This document shows, piece after piece, positions 1 through 14,052 of a stretch of 64,000 nucleotides of DNA. The stretch spans positions 38,502,001 to 38,566,000 of the forward strand of contig CM097883.1 in assembly GCA_044892505.1 (NCBI GenBank), in the 5' to 3' direction. Under the pieces are notes generated by a model, which was not told the origin of the DNA, ran no database searches, and saw only the letters and a list, made by a program, of their open reading frames with translations. Position 1 is the stretch's first letter; the number at the start of each line of letters is the position of its first letter. The DNA comes from Schmidtea nova. Its lineage: Eukaryota. A program made the translations under genes and the position numbers.

Positions 1-1079
1 TCCTTGCAGTTTTGTATTCAGATCATTCAAGTGATCTGTAATAGCAGTTAGAAAAGCAAGATTGCTGCGTGTTTGCGGCGCCTGATATATGGTGACTATA
101 AGCTGAGAATATCATAGCGACGAGAGAAAAAGCAATCGAGTATAATTATTCTATACAACTGGCAGTATAATTATTTGTCAAATAAATCAATAATTTAACT
201 TTGGCACAGGATAATTATAGCTCATACTAGGTTGGCGGTCAGAGTGTTAATTAAAATTAATTTTAATATGGACTAACAAGGACTTGAATTTTTTTTTAAT
301 TATTGAAAGAGATAATGGTTTTTCATAGACAACTCCTAGAAGGCTCAATGCCTATAAAATAAACATTAGTTAATTGATAAATTTGAATCTATTTCTTAAT
401 TTACTATGAATTTTATTCATTTTCAAGCATATTAATTGCCTTTATAAAAGAAAATATGTTGCTTCGTTTCCATGTTTAGAAGCCCTCGTCCATCTCTTAA
501 AGCAATACGAAAATTTAAAATAAAATAGAGAGAGAGAAAGAAAGAGAAAGTAATTAATTTAATAAAATAATAAAAACTAGTTGCTACCCGTGAAATATTC
601 ACGGAAGTAAAACAAATTTCACATTTTTGAAATACCGTGAAAATTTTCAAAAAGACAAGATTGAAAAAGATGTTCTAAGATAATATTTCACAAGGAATAG
701 GATGCATAACCCCCTCTGTACTCGATCCATTTACAGCATAAGTTTGTACATTCAATACAAGTTTTGTCATGTATTACCGAGACCTTCAAAATAAGCTATA
801 ATAATCATGTTCCGTCACGCTTTCAGCATGATGGTGATAATTTCGTGCTTTTCCTCATTAAACATTTTTTTATTTTTAACTATATATTGATTTAAAATTT
901 ATAATTTGTATTAATTTAATATTTAAATTGCATGTTTCTTCCTATTAATAATATGACTTAAAAATTAAATAATATTACTTTTGCCATGAAGCTTTAAAAT
1001 GCAATTTTTATAATCAATTTTGTCCATGTTTTATTTACTTTTCATTGAAAAACATAATTTTCAGAGCTGTTTTGAAAAT

Positions 1080-2081
1080 NNNNNNNNNNNNNNNNNNNNN
1101 NNNNNNNNNNNNNNNNNNNNNNNNNNNNNNNNNNNNNNNNNNNNNNNNNNNNNNNNNNNNNNNNNNNNNNNNNNNNNNNNNNNNNNNNNNNNNNNNNNNN
1201 NNNNNNNNNNNNNNNNNNNNACTATAGATCAAAATTTTTTTTTATAAACAATAACACAATATTTCGGCACAGCCTTTATCAAGTGTGAATTTCATAAATA
1301 CACACTTGATAAAGGCTGTGCCGAAATATTGTGTTATTGTTTATAAAAATATTTTGATCTATAGTCATTATGAGAATTATTGATAATAATAATAAAAAAA
1401 GATCNNNNNNNNNNNNNNNNNNNNNNNNNNNNNNNNNNNNNNNNNNNNNNNNNNNNNNNNNNNNNNNNNNNNNNNNNNNNNNNNNNNNNNNNNNNNNNNN
1501 NNNNNNNNNNNNNNNNNNNNNNNNNNNNNNNNNNNNNNNNNNNNNNNNNNNNNNNNNNNNNNNNNNNNNNNNNNNNNNNNNNNNNNNNNNNNNNNNNNNN
1601 NNNNNNNNNNNNNNNNNNNNNNNNNNNNNNNNNNNNNNNNNNNNNNNNNNNNNNNNNNNNATAATTTTATTAATGATATTAATTTTTTTTATTATTAATA
1701 TAATTATANNNNNNNNNNNNNNNNNNNNNNNNNNNNNNNNNNNNNNNNNNNNNNNNNNNNNNNNNNNNNNNNNNNNNNNNNNNNNNNNNNNNNNNNNNNN
1801 NNNNNNNNNNNNNNNNNNNNNNNNNNNNNNNNNNNNNNNNNNNNNNNNNNNNNNNNNNNNNNNNNNNNNNNNNNNNNNNNNNNNNNNNNNNNNNNNNNNN
1901 NNNNNNNNNNNNNNNNNNNNNNNNNNNNNNNNNNNNNNNNNNNNNNNNNNNNNNNNNNNNNNNNNNNNNNNNNNNNNNNNNNNNNNNNNNNNNNNNNNNN
2001 NNNNNNNNNNNNNNNNNNNNNNNNNNNNNNNNNNNNNNNNNNNNNNNNNNNNNNNNNNNNNNNNNNNNNNNNNNNNNNNNN
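1080..2081. other. N runs (1080-1220, 1405-1660, 1709-2081; also 61725-61857): assembly gaps or masking
   Basis: Direct reading. Confidence 0.99.
1221..1365. repeat. Long palindromic (foldback) MITE; internally deleted relative at 50281-50415
   Basis: About 65-bp near-perfect arms around a 13-nt loop; shared AGATCAAAAT..TTTATAAACAATAAC and TTTTGATCTATAGT. Confidence 0.8.
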
Positions 2082-2584
2082 AGGAAATGATTTACAAATT
2101 AATCCTGTTCCTGATTAGATTTTCATCCCAATAAATATATTTAGTGGTCGTTTGGAAAAGAAAATTTCACTTTCTGTATATGTGATGAAAGTTACGATTT
2201 TATATGGGCTATTTGTTGTCAACACTTCCAAACAGGCCTGAATTAATTATCCCAGAGATGCAATAAAACGGCTAAGAGTGATCTATCCACATAAAGTTGG
2301 CAATAAATTCTTGATACTGTTGCTCACTTCCTCACTCACAGAAGCAATTGATGAGGAGTCATAAAATATCAATATTAAAAAATTTTTTACTAGTTTCATA
2401 TAAATATTTTTTTTCCTCGAAAACATTGTTACAAATAGAAATATAATCAAAGTCTTTGATAAAAAAAAAGAAAAAATAATTCCCAATCTAAACTAAAATC
2501 ACAAAATTTATTTTTTTATCACAAATCTTAAACGGGATAAATGGTTTGCTCTTTACAAAAATCTTAATTCTAAAAATCGTCTCA

Positions 2585-3304
2585 TCAATCGATATAAGTG
2601 AAATCGGTGCTGTTGTAGAGATTCGTAGAGTCTGTGAGAGGTGATAATGTCAGTGAATCTTGATTATAGAATTCTGGAATCGGCTGCCAATAGGGAATCG
2701 GATAGTTTCTCGCTAAATCTTGATAGGAAAACAACGGTGGATAATAATAGTGATCACAGGCATTGTTCATGGGTGCAACTGGATAGGATTCGTGATTCCA
2801 CTCGTTTTGATCCATGGTTTCAGTAGACGCTGAAATGCTTTCCTTAGTTTCAATAGATGAACCGATGGATCGAGTATCATTCATGTCAGGTTTTGAGCGA
2901 TTTGATGAACGAGGAGATTTGTTGCGTTTTGCTCCGTCAATAAACTTTTTCTGGCGCCTCAACAAACCGCCGTTGGCAAACATTTTCTTTGCTCCTTCGT
3001 GAATCGTCCAGTAGTCTCCGCGATTTCCGGATTTCTGTTCATGGATCGGCAAAGATTTGTGACGGATACGAATGAAACAATCATTGAATGACAACGAATG
3101 TCGAATGGAATTCTGCCATTTCCGGTTATCCAACTGATAAAAGGGATAATTCGAGCTGATAAATTTATAAATGTCTGACAGTTGGCACATTCGACGGGGA
3201 GAGGAATTGATGGCAATGGTAATCATCGCAACGAAACTTAAGTTCGGTTTCTCCTCTGTTGACTGAGAATCGGTTTCATTATGGTTTCTGTTGTCGAAGG
3301 TCAT
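2585..3304 (-). CDS. Single-exon forkhead transcription factor, divergent FoxA-like (239 aa from first ATG; ORF track starts at TTG 3316)
   Basis: Winged-helix motifs KPNLSFVAMITIAINSS..LSDIYKFI..WQNSIRHSLSFNDCF..YWTIH..MFANGGLLRRQKKF. RHSLSFNDCF and RRQK are FoxA-type signatures; the subfamily is not certain. Confidence 0.88.
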   Translation of the reverse strand: MTFDNRNHNETDSQSTEEKPNLSFVAMITIAINSSPRRMCQLSDIYKFISSNYPFYQLDNRKWQNSIRHSLSFNDCFIRIRHKSLPIHEQKSGNRGDYWTIHEGAKKMFANGGLLRRQKKFIDGAKRNKSPRSSNRSKPDMNDTRSIGSSIETKESISASTETMDQNEWNHESYPVAPMNNACDHYYYPPLFSYQDLARNYPIPYWQPIPEFYNQDSLTLSPLTDSTNLYNSTDFTYID

Positions 3305-5752
3305 TTTCAAATTCAAATTCTGGAAACGGAACCGGAAAAAACGATATACTGAGATTTTGGTATCCGAGTTTCACAATTTATGTATGTTTGAGTGACCACC
3401 AATCGTTTTCAAACTGAAAATTTGATATTTCATTGGCTATTTGCAATTGCGTAATCTTTTTTGAAAAAGTACGCGTAACTGGTTCACTAGGCAAACATTG
3501 GAATTTTATAATCAAAATTGCCATGCGCATCCTAGACACCGAAATCACCAATAGAAATTCAGTTTGAGATCAAGTTTTTGTACCACCAGTCTAATTTTTA
3601 TCAAGCTTAACAATTTATTTTTCTTGAGTTTTCTATAATTAAATCTTATCTCTTAAAATCAGTAACTCCCTGATCACCAACCTTAATAAGGTAATACTTA
3701 ATGGGAGATAGGGTGTTGCTACTCCACAACGTTATTGATAATCTGATTACGTAATTGATAAATTGAGATATGGCCATAAAGGAATATTTTTTATTATCAC
3801 GCAACAATAATATTTCAATTATCGGATCAAATATAATTTAATAATTTTTATGTTGCTGTTTTTCAAATTTTCCTTATTTTTCAAAGTTACTTTTAATTTG
3901 TCAATAGCTAACAATCGATTTTTAAAATGTCTATTGAGAAGTATTTTTGAGTTAATTCTAAAACGATTTTGATTGGTTGCAAGCATATTGCATCCAATCC
4001 CCTCTATCGGACAAACCTGTGGAATTTGATTTGATTTCTTTTCTCTAAGTATTCACAGAAAAATTCAATAAATCTTATTTTCATAATTCTGTTTTAATTT
4101 TTAATTTTATTTGATAAAATTTTTTCTATAAAAAGCTAATTTTAATTTAAGAATTTAAATTAATTTTTCTTTATTATAAATTTCTTAATATGATTATTCT
4201 CAATTATTGTCAGAGATTAATGAATTAAAGACTAATTAAAGGAATCAAAATAATATATAAAATTGTTTCTTTTTTAAAAAAATCGAAATAATAATTTCAA
4301 AAGTAAGAAAAAAATTGAAATTAATAATAATAATGCAATAATAATATAATAAAGTTTAAAATTTTCTTTAAATTAAGTGTGAAAGTACCTAGTTCTATAA
4401 AACTCTAAATATTCCAAAAGAACTAAGATTAATTTCATTATAAAATTTAAATTTCTTCCTTATATAAATGTCTACAAAATAGGTGTAAATAGTCAAATGA
4501 ATAGGAAATTAGTTCATATGCCAAATATTTCATGTAGATGCACAGCTATGATTTGTCTATAAAGAGTTTAGGCACTGTGCCATTGAGAAATCAGAAACTT
4601 TGTTATTATCCAAAGGTAAGAAAATTTCTCTCAAAAAAGCAAAAATGAAAACATATTATTGCACTCAGTTTTCAAGTTTATAATAATCTGTTTGGCACAA
4701 ACAGAGGTCTAACCATATGGTAATGTTGCATTATTATCAAAGGTTTGGGAAGTCCGAGCCTAATAGAGCGGCACCCTCTAAAATTAGCCAGCAAGAAACT
4801 TTAGCGGAAACTCCCAAGTTTTATTGTGGAGTTTTACACTTTTTCTTCACAATACTTTCTAAACAATATATCGGAAAGTCATCGTATCGTCAGCGTAAAT
4901 TGTCTGATACTAATATATCCTTATGAAGTTAGTTTGAACCCAACAATTCTCCTTCACTTGGTTACTCTCCTGATTTCATGATAGACAGATGTTATGATTT
5001 GAAGTTTCGAAAAGTTTGATACCAATTTCAAATTTATGCTCTTCGTATAAACTTTTCAGAGGGGTTTATTTCATTTTCTAGTACTCGCCAAAATTTTCGT
5101 ATTTGAATAAAAAAATTACAGATAAATGAAGGAAAAATAAGAAAAAAATAGAAATAAAGACGAAATAAAAATTTGTAAAGGAATCCAGTGGAATGAGTAA
5201 TGACAAATTCGAAGAAACAAATAGCTGGGAAAGGATATAGAAAAACATAAAAACTATAGAATTGCCCTATGCTATAAAATCACCAGTAAAGTAGAATTCA
5301 AAGTGAGATAAACAAAATAGAAAGGAAAAAAAATTCCGGGACAGCATGGTAGATAATAAAGGAAGTAGAGAAAAACTAAAAAGTTGGTTTTCCTTGGCAG
5401 TTTACATTAAAATTTGTTATGCTAACTCACATTAAGGATTCGTTGAATTAAAAGAGTATAAAAATGCGGATAACCTCATGGGACTTCTTTCAAAGATAAA
5501 TAGCGAATGATCTTGCTTAGAAATAAACAAATGTGTATATAGATTATGAATAAGAGTGAAAAAGGAAAAATGGAAAAATAGTGCCTCGTTGCCAGGTTCA
5601 TTTTATAAAAAGAAATGTTAAAAATAAAAATGTGTTTAGGGCTCCGAAAATCTTCATTTTTCGGGAAATGAGTTGTGATATCACTACAATTGAGTTGTTG
5701 TTCGTCCCCCATCGGGCCAGTTGGTTTACTGTAGGTTTGATAAGTTAGAAAG

Positions 5753-5753
<1 letters not shown>

Positions 5754-5819
<66 letters not shown>
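5754..5819. repeat. (TA)n microsatellite (others at 50180-50258, 50413-50438, 53565-53623, 55666-55701)
   Basis: Direct reading. Confidence 0.98.
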
Positions 5820-5823
<4 letters not shown>

Positions 5824-5929
5824 AATTCGAGTATATGAAAATTTGAATAATTTATAATTTATACTTTATTGTCAAAAGTAATTTGCTTTGAATTTCAAAA
5901 AATAACTTTTTTGTTATTTTTGGAGGTGA

Positions 5930-6382
5930 TGCGGGCGTCACTAGGGTTGGTGTCACCCGGTGCGATAACTCATTGTGTCACCCCCGCCCTAACGACAAAT
6001 ACAAAACCACCAACATACAATGCAACGACAAAAAAGCGTTTTAAAGCACATGCAGTGGGTAAAACAAACACTATTGAAGGTTATGTTAGGCATGAACTAA
6101 CTAACTGTGCGAAAAAGCCGTAGTGGAGTGCCGGGAAGCCTATAGACGGTCAAAAAATCGATGTTTTTGACAGTTTTTAAGAGTATTGACATATTTCAAT
6201 AATATAATACATTTCTGTTGCTGGTCGCTGGGCAGGCCGGGCTGAAACAATGCATAAGAATAATTTTATGGAGTGACATAGAATCATAGGCATAAATATT
6301 TTGCATTTTGGTGTCACCCTTGTGATGGCGTCACCCGGTGCGGTCCGCAACCCACCCCCACACCTCCCTAGTAACGCCATTG
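5930..6382. mobile_element. Degenerate hAT-type MITE
   Basis: GGCGTCACTAGGG/CCCTAGTAACGCC termini with subterminal GTGTCACCC repeats; no TSD found. Confidence 0.45.
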
Positions 6383-6811
6383 CGTGGCCCAATTGGGTCC
6401 AATCGCCTAAAATCTGGGTCTGGTGGCGACTTGTTATTCTGCCTCGACATCACTTTATAAAGAATTGTCTCTAAAAATTTAAAATCGCGTAAATAATTAA
6501 ATTTACATTATATAATGGCAATTAAATTTTTTAATTAGATAAAAACGTTTTTTGCTTATACAACAGTAACAGTGTCAAAAATTCGCGTTAAATAGGGAAA
6601 CCAAATTTATGATCAATAGACTTTAAAATGAAAATGGGTGATTAACTGGGACCAGAAAAACACAAAGCAAACGAAAACCATGCAAAAAGAAACACACTTT
6701 TTCATATAAATACACAGAAAAGCAAATGATCGGTTCCAAAAGAAAATTTTTAATTTTTTGAAATAAAATCTATAGATATTAAAGCACTTTGTAAAACACA
6801 TTACTTTAACC

Positions 6812-7427
6812 CAGTGTTGTCCAGACTTTTTTGAGCCACGGCACACTTGGCTGAATTAAAAATTTTCGCGGCACACTTAAATTTGTTTTTGCTTTATTTG
6901 CAATTTTTTATTGCACTTTTAATAATCTTTTAATAAGAAATGAAAAACTCATTTACTTGAAATAAATTTAATGTAAAAAATTTTTAATTTAGAAAAATTA
7001 GTGAATGAAAAATTCATAAAACATAGTTAATGAGATTTATGTGCTTGATGTTCCGTACAAATAAGTTCCAATCGTGGTGGAATTTTTGACAAACAAACTC
7101 TTAATTCTTGATCAATGTTAACCATACGTTCCCGCTTCTTTGATTTAATTGTGGTAAGAGTTGAAAATCCCAGTTCATAGAGTATTTTAGTTCACAGTAT
7201 TTTAGATAGTCAATATTTCTAGTAAGAAATATAAATATGATTGTAAACAAATAAATTTCGCACTTAATTGACTGATTATCATTTAAATTTGAAATAACTG
7301 TTAAAATATCCACAATTCAATTTCCTTTTATTAAGTTGTTTGGAAAAACAGGGTTTTTTGACTTTTTAAAAAAAAATTTCACGGCACACCTGGGCACCCG
7401 CCGCGGCACACAGTTTGGACAACACTG
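6812..7427. mobile_element. hAT (Charlie-like) MITE, 616 bp
   Basis: TIR CAGTGTTGTCCA/TGGACAACACTG; perfect 8-bp TSD CTTTAACC. Confidence 0.9.
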
Positions 7428-10400
7428 CTTTAACCTGTTCCCAGTCTAGCCCAAGCGTGACTTTGGCAAGGAGTTGTGTATTGCATTGAAGAGCCTAAGT
7501 AGTACACGGGCAAATCATGTTACGACTTGTCTCTAGTGATTTGTTCGAGCAAAATATATGGATGTATTGGTTTTTATTGACTAACCCAAGCGGTGTTCGG
7601 GCAGTTTTGTTTCGACTTGTTGCTGACAATAATATTTATATTTACCAAATTTAGTTGATAGCATTTAGCCACTTTGTAACGTCATTGTGTCAGCGCATAT
7701 TCTAACTTCATATTTATATAATTTTTGTTCTCTTCTAAATCTGAACGTCGGTTCATAAAGATATTTATCATTATTTTTCATACTAAAAAAACTTAATAAA
7801 TAAATTATGATATTACTATTATTTGGTTGTTAAAAATTAAACTTTCATCAAACCCTTGGGTCTATTTCGACCCAAGGGAAATTTTTTCGTATTGAATTTA
7901 TATGGATATATATTGCATTTTAATAAAAATTCATATATGGGCCTATTTTTACCCAAATGACTTGAGTGTTACTTATTTTGAGGAATGGACGAAGGTTAAC
8001 CTTACGTTATGGTATTTGTATTTTGTTTGTCCTTTTTTCCAAAAAAAAATAATTTCAAAAAACAACCTGACAATTTATGAATGCACTTTCTCACCAAAAT
8101 TCAACTGTTAAGTAGTCAACAACAATGACGCAAATAACACAAAACCAGATCAAAGATGACAAAAATTAAAGATGTTAATGCTGGTTAAAAATTCATATTT
8201 ACTCTTCTTAAAATTTGCCATTATTTTCATAATATTTTTTAATAATTTACAATTTGTAAAAATCGGCATTTCATAAATTATTAAAAAGGAAACATTTATT
8301 ATTTATCATTGAAATCTCTTATCTTCATCGCCTTTGACCATTTTTTTAGTTTTAATTTATTTTTTTTTAGGCAATAGATTTATTTACTATTTAAATATTT
8401 ATTAAAATAATTAAAATATTTAGTTTTAAATTTGAAAAAAAGAGCGTCAATTAAAAAATTAAATATTATCCTAATAATAATTAAGCACGAAAAATGTTAA
8501 TAAATTCTTCGCATGCAAACCCTCCAAATCTGTAAATTTTCAGCTAATTTAATTTTTTTTAAATTAAAAATAATTATTTCTTTACTATTTTATGTGTTGT
8601 GCAAGTAATGATGACGGTCATATTGTCCGTGATCTTCTAAAACAATTATTTATGACCGTTATAATTTCCCGCCTCCCTCTAGCAGGAGGAAACCGTTATT
8701 GCATCCCATAAACAATTAAATATTTTTATTATTGTCTATTAGTTATTATTTTATCAGATCTTAAACTTTAGATTGAACTACTATCATGCCACTTTTGAGG
8801 ATTCAGACAATTTTGCTGGTTTTTGTCCCATAATTTATGTAAAATCGGGCCTGCGAGAATACGTTAGTGTGAAAAACAACAAACTTTGGTAATTCTTCCA
8901 TTTTATTTACCCAAAGTTGGATAATGTCCTTATTTTTGATAGATATTTCTTGTTTTTCAAACAAGTGCCTTTTAAATTTAAGAAGAATTAAGCTTTCTAT
9001 GTCACATTGGAGATAATTTAAGGGGGCCTGTTTAATAATGAAGATAAGATTGAAAGGGTCAAATTAAATAAAAATGAACACAAACGTAAATGGAAGCATC
9101 ATCCAAAGATCTAATGTCTTAATTTCGATCAAATAAAAAAGTTCACTTGTTAACATTTTTATCAGTTTACCTTATTTGACTTGAATAATTCCGTTAAGAG
9201 GAACATTTCAAGATAAATGGAACAATGATTTATGTAAATTAAATTTTTAAAAATTGAAATAAATTTTATATCAACCAATCAAAATCAACTAAAAATGATT
9301 TAAAATAATACAGCTTAACAACTAAATACAATTTTTGCCAAATTGGTACTTAATTTTGATTGGTTTCGACTATCTTATGAATTTATCACATATTTTCAGC
9401 AATCTCTTTTAATTACACTTAAAAAAGGCAGTGTCAAAAATTTGTGTTAAATTAAAAATAATCGGATCTATAGTTTAAAAAAGAAAATAAAAGTGGTTAA
9501 ATTATGTTTAAAAACTTTATTTTAAGAATTTATCAATAAACTTATTAGTAGTCCTGTTGGTATTGTCTAAATTAATGTGAAATAAACAAAAAGAGACTTA
9601 GAACTGTGTAAAATAATTAAAAATAAAAATTTACAATATTCAAAAAAATGAATTAAAGCGAAAAAAATATTTAAAAATGAAAAAAAACAAAATAAATATT
9701 TTTGTGGAGAAACGGGTAAAAACAGTATCAAATGAAAAAAATAACGAATTTAATAATTTTAAATCGAACGGGGTACTAATTAATTAATTGGTATAAACCA
9801 ATCAATTTAATAAACAAAATCTCGTGTAGTGACAGCTTTTTAAGTCGAAAAAAAATAATTTGATTTTGCTTAAATCTTTTCGGTTTCTTGTGACTTGATA
9901 ATCAAATTTGAAAAACGAAGGATGCCATGAGTCCTTTAAAAGGAGCAAACGAACTCAAATCATGATAGTACCAGGTGATGGAAGACGAATTCTTTTACAA
10001 AGAAGAATATAATAAAGTGTCAGGAGGCTAAATAAATAATTTATTGAAAGAGCTAATGACAGTTGTGCAGTTGGATCAATTTTGCAAATAGACGGTTGTC
10101 CGAGGGGTTACTTGCACTCATAGTGTAAAAGAGAGAAAGGCAGATTCTAAACAGAGTATTCTAATCAGTTCATTCTAATAAATTTTGATCAGATTGTATC
10201 AGATTTATGAATATATTCAAAAAATAAATTTTATTGCGTTTACATTTTATTTGTTATACATCAAAGATCATAATTTACGGGCAAGATAGACAAAAATTAA
10301 GGTTAATTATAAAAACAATTTAAATTATTTTAAGTAGATATGTATCTTTTTTCTATATATAAGTACAAAAATTAAGGACACAGTTCTAAATTTAGTGCAT

Positions 10401-10513
10401 TTACTATAGAAGAGCAAAAAAATTAATTTGGTTAGGAAAATAAATTATGAACACACATATACACACAACACACAACAATACTATAATAAAAATATACACA
10501 CATGGATATAAAT

Positions 10514-10800
10514 CACGGATGAGCAACCCTTTTTAGCGGTGGGCCACATACAAACACAATTTTCGCGAGGGTCACGTTTAAAAAAACATCGAAAAAAAGA
10601 GCATAAATTTTTTATTTTTTTTTAAAAATTGACTATTTTACATTTTAAATTCTATCTATATTTTTTTATTAAAATAAGACTATAAAATTCATAAAATAAT
10701 TAGAGCTTTTTTAAATCTGAGGATTTTTGCAATTTCGTTTCAAAAAAATGTTATTTTAAGGCAAAAAAAACTTCAGTGAGCCGCAGATTGCTCATCCCGG
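10514..10800. mobile_element. hAT MITE; a related truncated copy starts at 48011
   Basis: TIR CACGGATGAGCAA/TTGCTCATCCCGG; TSD ATATAAAT/ATAAAAAT (7/8). 48011-48180 shares the TIR and internal sequence. Confidence 0.7.
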
Positions 10801-13617
10801 ATAAAAATTAACAGCAAATTTGCTAATTACGGGCATTTAAAATTTAATAAAAATGATTTTTTGGAAATTTTCTGGATGCTTCTAATGTTATTAACGATGT
10901 GTTGAAGAAGCTCTTTGAAAGATATAATTATTATTTATATAAAATTTACACTAAAATAAACATTTTAAATATATTATCTTTTACAAATAATTTAGAAATA
11001 TTCGCAAATTTTTATAAAAAAAAAGCATAATAATATTTAATTTCAAAATGAATTTATATTATTATAGTATTAAAATATTTAATATAAAACAAAAACTTAC
11101 CAAATTACTGCCAACTGCCTTTGATATGTGTCTCATTTGCACGTAATAAGTGACATCTGGTGTAAAGAGCACGCGGAGTCAGTATTCTCTACCAACAGCT
11201 TACTAATTACCCAACAGTTCTCTAATCTGGACAGAATCGAAATTATTAGTAGAAAATTATGTAAAATCTTATTCACCACATTTCGACTATTTGTTATCTT
11301 TTTTTCCGTTTAAAAACAAATAATTTTAAAAAAATTTAACACAAATTTTCAACGCAGCCTTTCAAGTGTTAGAATAAAGTATTCCATTACATTTTATATA
11401 AATTTACTAAGGAATACTCCGATAAAATTGCTTCCTGAGCATCTGGTACAAAAGTCGCCCCAAGATAATTTTATTTTTTTTTTTTTGGGAATTTGGCGGT
11501 TAGAAAAATATTCACGTTGATGATTAATTTTTATTTCCTAATGACCGCAAATGCATGTGAAATACTCTAGAAATTGTTAGATTAATTTGTACATTTAAAA
11601 TCGGTTGGGAATTTCACAGCGACTGGGAAGCTCAGTGCTTGTTTAGCGCCGTCCCAGTCGAGTGGGTTTCCACAAAAACCGAAATGTTATTTATCCGATT
11701 TTCAACAGCCTCAAAGATTTGCTCGCTGTCTTGTCAATAACCGTATTATTATTATGACATTTTACCAGGTAAATTACACAGGGCATTTAATTGCTTTGAT
11801 TTATCATTTGAAAGCGCAATACTGTCAGTTTAGGAAAGATAATATCGAAATTACCCGTTTCCCTCTATTTGTTGTTGTTGTTGTTGTTGTTTATTTTCTC
11901 GTTGAATGTTTATTTGCAAATTTATTTCTATCAATTTCATTCGACTGTAAGCGATTTTCATTAACAAAATAATAATTTTCTAAAATAGTTCTCCGTTATT
12001 CAACCCGGGTCATTTTTTTATTTCGAATAGTTGGCGTCTTGTTCACCGGTCAGATGAAAAGATCAGTGACATAAAGCAAAGGTTCGTAAACTTTTTATAG
12101 TAACGACTCACCGAAATAAAAATCAAATTTTTTTCAGTTCCAAGGATTGTTTCCTTTAAACTGCACGCGTCAGTGGTCGCGTAACACTTTTGATACTACT
12201 GCGCGCAAGGCTTTGGGTTGCGCGCACGCCTAAACTATTGTTAAGATCAACAATATAAAAAAACACATGGAACAATTTTCCCAGGTAAAAAGTTATTCTT
12301 TTGCGAACGCTGTATTTGCGTCAAAATATATTTATTGGTGAATGAATCGTAATTACCAATTGGCGTGCACTTCCCAGGTATCTGCAAATGACAAATAGGT
12401 AAAGTGACCACGTGAACTTCTCTCAATGAGATAGAATAAAAGCAGAAAGCCCAGGTGAGCTCCAGATGGGAAACATCAAATTAGACCACACATTTACCAA
12501 ATTGGTACGCTTAACAACTTTTTTCCACGCACAGAATCAACTGACTTAAAAAGAACGTTGGTCCCCAGTCCTACATGATTTAATTTTTTTATAGAGAATA
12601 TCGATTTTTTTATCACTTTACTATTAAAACATAAATTCCATTTCTTATCAAATAAATTTAATCATAACTTTCCATAACATTCATAAAGACGTAAAAGGAA
12701 TTTGAAGAAAAATTTCTTTTGCATTTTTTGAAATCAAAAAAATATATCTTTTTCAAGATTTTTGAAATTTTTCACCGAAATAAAAAATTTAATTGAATTG
12801 ATAACATGTGTTTTTTTACAATATTTTTCGAATCCTTGGTTAAGAATCACTGATGTGTGTCGCACTAAATTCATTTTTGGATCATAGACAGAGATACCAT
12901 CTTTGAGATTTCAATATGCGGGACAAAAATATGCGGGACAAAATCTCGAAATTGAAATAAAGAAAAAAAACACATAATTTGAATATTTCAAATATTAAAT
13001 GTATATATATTATTATTATATTTATTATAGTCACAAATAATGAAAAAATAAAAAAGATTATAAAAAACTAAATAATAAAAAAATATATGCTTAATGAAAA
13101 ATAACCAAATTAACAAAACATAACGAAACAGAAAAAAATGAATACAACTGACGAATGTACTTTTAATGTGCATTAACAATATTTAATTAAATTTTTACCT
13201 ATTAAATGTTTACTTGAATACTTTTTTTTATCATTTGTCTTTGACCACAAGGTCGAGAATGACGAACTGTCATCACAATTCAAAAGTCCCAGTAGGCAAT
13301 TTGTACTGCACAAAATATCCCAACTCGTGAAATAAAAATCCAAATTAAAACAAACCCCACCAAACAAAATAAAGTGACAATTTTCGTTACAGGGCTTGTA
13401 TATTTTTAATTCAGACGTATAATTAATTTTGTTTTATGTGAAATTTTTTAAACTCGTTTTAGAGAGACGTGCGGGAAAATTAGTTTGCGTGTGGGACGCG
13501 GGAAATATCTTAGGTGTGTGGGGCAATCCCACCTAGGGCGGGACAGATGGTAACCCTGATCATAAGTTACCTACCAGTTTTAAATAGTGCGAATAATTAA
13601 AAATGAATAAATGATAG

Positions 13618-14052
13618 CAGAGCCGGATTTTATCTTGTGGGAGGCCAAGGATAAAAATCTTATGGTGCCATTTTATAATTTTTAAAAAAACGGTTAATTT
13701 GTTAATGCTATTTCGTCAGACTTTAAAAGCACAATCAGTAATCTGAAGCAATGATTTGATTTTAATGTTTTGTTTGTAAACGGTTGAAGAAAATCAAAGC
13801 CAACATTGTTTTTTTAAATAAAAATTTGAAAAAAATTGTACTTTTGTGAAATTTTTACTTTAGAAAAGTATTATATTAAATATAATATGTAATATAATTA
13901 AATACTTCTTTATTTTTATTACATAAATATAATAATCTGCAAGTAATTAAAAGATGTAATAAGTTTTTATAATAATAATACAAAATTTGAGGGCCTCGCC
14001 ACTCGGGGCCCTAGGCTTCAGCCTTGAAAGCCTAAGGGTAAATCCAAGTCTG
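13618..14052. mobile_element. Degenerate hAT MITE
   Basis: CAGAGCCGGATTT/AAATCCAAGTCTG; TSD AATGATAG/GGTGATAG (6/8). Confidence 0.5.

Noticed and set aside
1020-2134. ORFs spanning N runs, and ORFs in the 29-bp arrays at 60716-61631
   Set aside because: They are artefacts of Ns and of stop-free repeat units.
12200-12230. GC-rich hairpin TGCGCGCAA..TTGCGCGCA
   Set aside because: It is isolated, probably a MITE or Helitron remnant, with no supporting context.
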